A stretch of DNA of 63,685 nucleotides, filler included, from Chiloscyllium plagiosum (taxonomy: Eukaryota), in NCBI RefSeq assembly GCF_004010195.1. It is 4 parts of one record of this genome, joined end to end, with 100 filler letters (N's around TTAATTAATTAA, not from the genome) between each part and the next. Parts side by side here need not be neighbours in the genome. Positions count along the whole stretch, not along the records: positions 60,838 to 63,685 come from NC_057710.1; 3 more parts are not named here. The stretch is one strand, 5' to 3'. The position numbers and the translations under genes were made by a program. Below the pieces are notes generated by a model. The model ran no database searches and was not told where the DNA came from. It saw only the letters and a list, made by a program, of their open reading frames with translations. Shown here one piece after another: positions 62,632 to 63,685 of the stretch (its first letter is position 1; each line of letters opens with the position of its first letter).

Positions 62632-63552
62632 ATGCAGGGGACTTTCGCCACTATGCCGCCCGTTCAAGCGCCTCTTCTCGCCACTAGTATGGGGGTAGAG
62701 AAGTACGTCCCCTGGTCACGGACAGACCTAGACGCCCTGGTCAGGAGGCTTCCTCCGATTGCCAACGGGGCGTCTGCCTGGATAGCGACTTTTGAGAGGG
62801 TGACCTGTCATGAGAAACTAGCGCTGGCGGATTTTAGAACCATAATGGTACGCATCCGAGCAGAGGAGGCGCTGATCAGGGCAGAAAGACTGGCTAGGTG
62901 TTCCAGGTCAGATGAAACTGTCTCGTTTGACCTCTACCAAAATTTAATCTGGCGGTCCCTGCGGGACAGCTTCCCCACTACTTTCTCGCTGGACGCGTTG
63001 GGGACCCTCAGACTAAAGGACGGGGAGGACGTACATGAATACCTGGGGAGGGCCTGGGACCTATGGGAGGCTGGGACAAGTGAAAGGCCAGATAGCTCTC
63101 CCTTGGCAATAGCACATTTTCAGAGGGTGGTGACCGAGGGACTCCCTGCACCAGTGCAGAGCAAATTGAAAGACCTGGTGGGGGTGGATTCAATGAAGGA
63201 GGACATATGGAGGAAACAGGTACATCACTATCTGAACAGGCACCGTACATCGGAAAAGATGAAAGCCGAAGGGCAGGCCTCCAAGACGACTATACAGATC
63301 TTAGGGAAAATTTTAGAGCAGGTGGGGGCAAAGAGCACCACGCGGGAGCTCGTGCCTCCAGCCGCTCAGATGTACAGTTCCCCACAGCCCAATGCAGGCA
63401 AGGCCCTGCCACATCCCAGCCCTGACAGGGCAGAATATGACGGCCATGATGTGTCAGCCCACGACAGCCAACAGCAGCTATCTTCTGACGCACAGAGGCG
63501 GTTCCGGGGGGGAAGGCAGCGCGATCACTGCTGGAAACCTGAAGGTCCCTGA
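62632..63552 (+). CDS. gag: ERV Gag capsid region (probably frameshifted from upstream part; no zinc knuckle)
   Basis: YVPWSRTDL..LPPI..GA..WI..FE; LKDGEDVHEYLGRA (MHR-like); VTEGLPAPVQSKL. Confidence 0.75.
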   Translation: MQGTFATMPPVQAPLLATSMGVEKYVPWSRTDLDALVRRLPPIANGASAWIATFERVTCHEKLALADFRTIMVRIRAEEALIRAERLARCSRSDETVSFDLYQNLIWRSLRDSFPTTFSLDALGTLRLKDGEDVHEYLGRAWDLWEAGTSERPDSSPLAIAHFQRVVTEGLPAPVQSKLKDLVGVDSMKEDIWRKQVHHYLNRHRTSEKMKAEGQASKTTIQILGKILEQVGAKSTTRELVPPAAQMYSSPQPNAGKALPHPSPDRAEYDGHDVSAHDSQQQLSSDAQRRFRGGRQRDHCWKPEGP

Positions 63553-63685
63553 CCCCTACGTTGCACTGCAGGCGCTCACGCCTGCCAGCCGCTTTTTCTC
63601 TGTCATAGACCTGGCTAACGCTTTCTTCTGCCTTCCACTGCACCCAGAGTGTCAGGAGTGGTTTGCCTTCACCGTCGAGGGAGAG
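63521..63685 (+). pseudogene. pol: ERV reverse transcriptase fragment (missed by ORF track; runs off the window)
   Basis: AITAGNLKVPDPYVALQALTPASRFFSVIDLANAFFCLPLHPECQEWFAFTVEGE matches the class I VPNPY..LDLKDAFF..LHP.SQ..FAF motif. Confidence 0.88.

Larger units (their letters stand above)
60838..63685 (+). mobile_element. Endogenous retrovirus, class I (gamma/epsilon-like), internal region
   Basis: Leader, long gag-like ORFs and a retroviral RT motif; LTR not visible (gap on the left, window end on the right). Confidence 0.85.

Overview
Eukaryotic, repeat-saturated DNA with no recognisable host protein-coding exon. The repeat content (HE1-type V-SINEs, SacSINE1-like Deu-SINEs, CR1/HER1-like LINEs, Penelope-like elements) points to an elasmobranch (shark) genome; this is inferred from family recognition, not from a search. 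Most of the window is nested, decayed CR1 fragments and SINEs. It also holds a 5'-truncated RTE LINE (53.6-56.5 kb), a Tx1-like fragment, several Penelope-like elements (PLEs) and, at the right end, a class-I-like endogenous retrovirus. Highlights: (1) minimal hammerhead ribozyme motifs (CTGANGA-stem II-GAAA with a palindromic ACGT/AGCT stem III) in four well-formed and one decayed PLE-type family; (2) ~200-bp hairpin-shaped, non-coding, hammerhead-bearing insertions with 11-16 bp target-site duplications; (3) a tRNA-Pro(TGG)-like gene with an 18-nt insert at the canonical intron position; (4) an ERV whose gag runs straight into the middle of RT, with no nucleocapsid or protease; (5) a probable host promoter/first exon near 49-50 kb with four TEAD motifs. 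There are five assembly gaps, three carrying an artificial TTAATTAATTAA linker. Repeat boundaries are approximate (read by eye).
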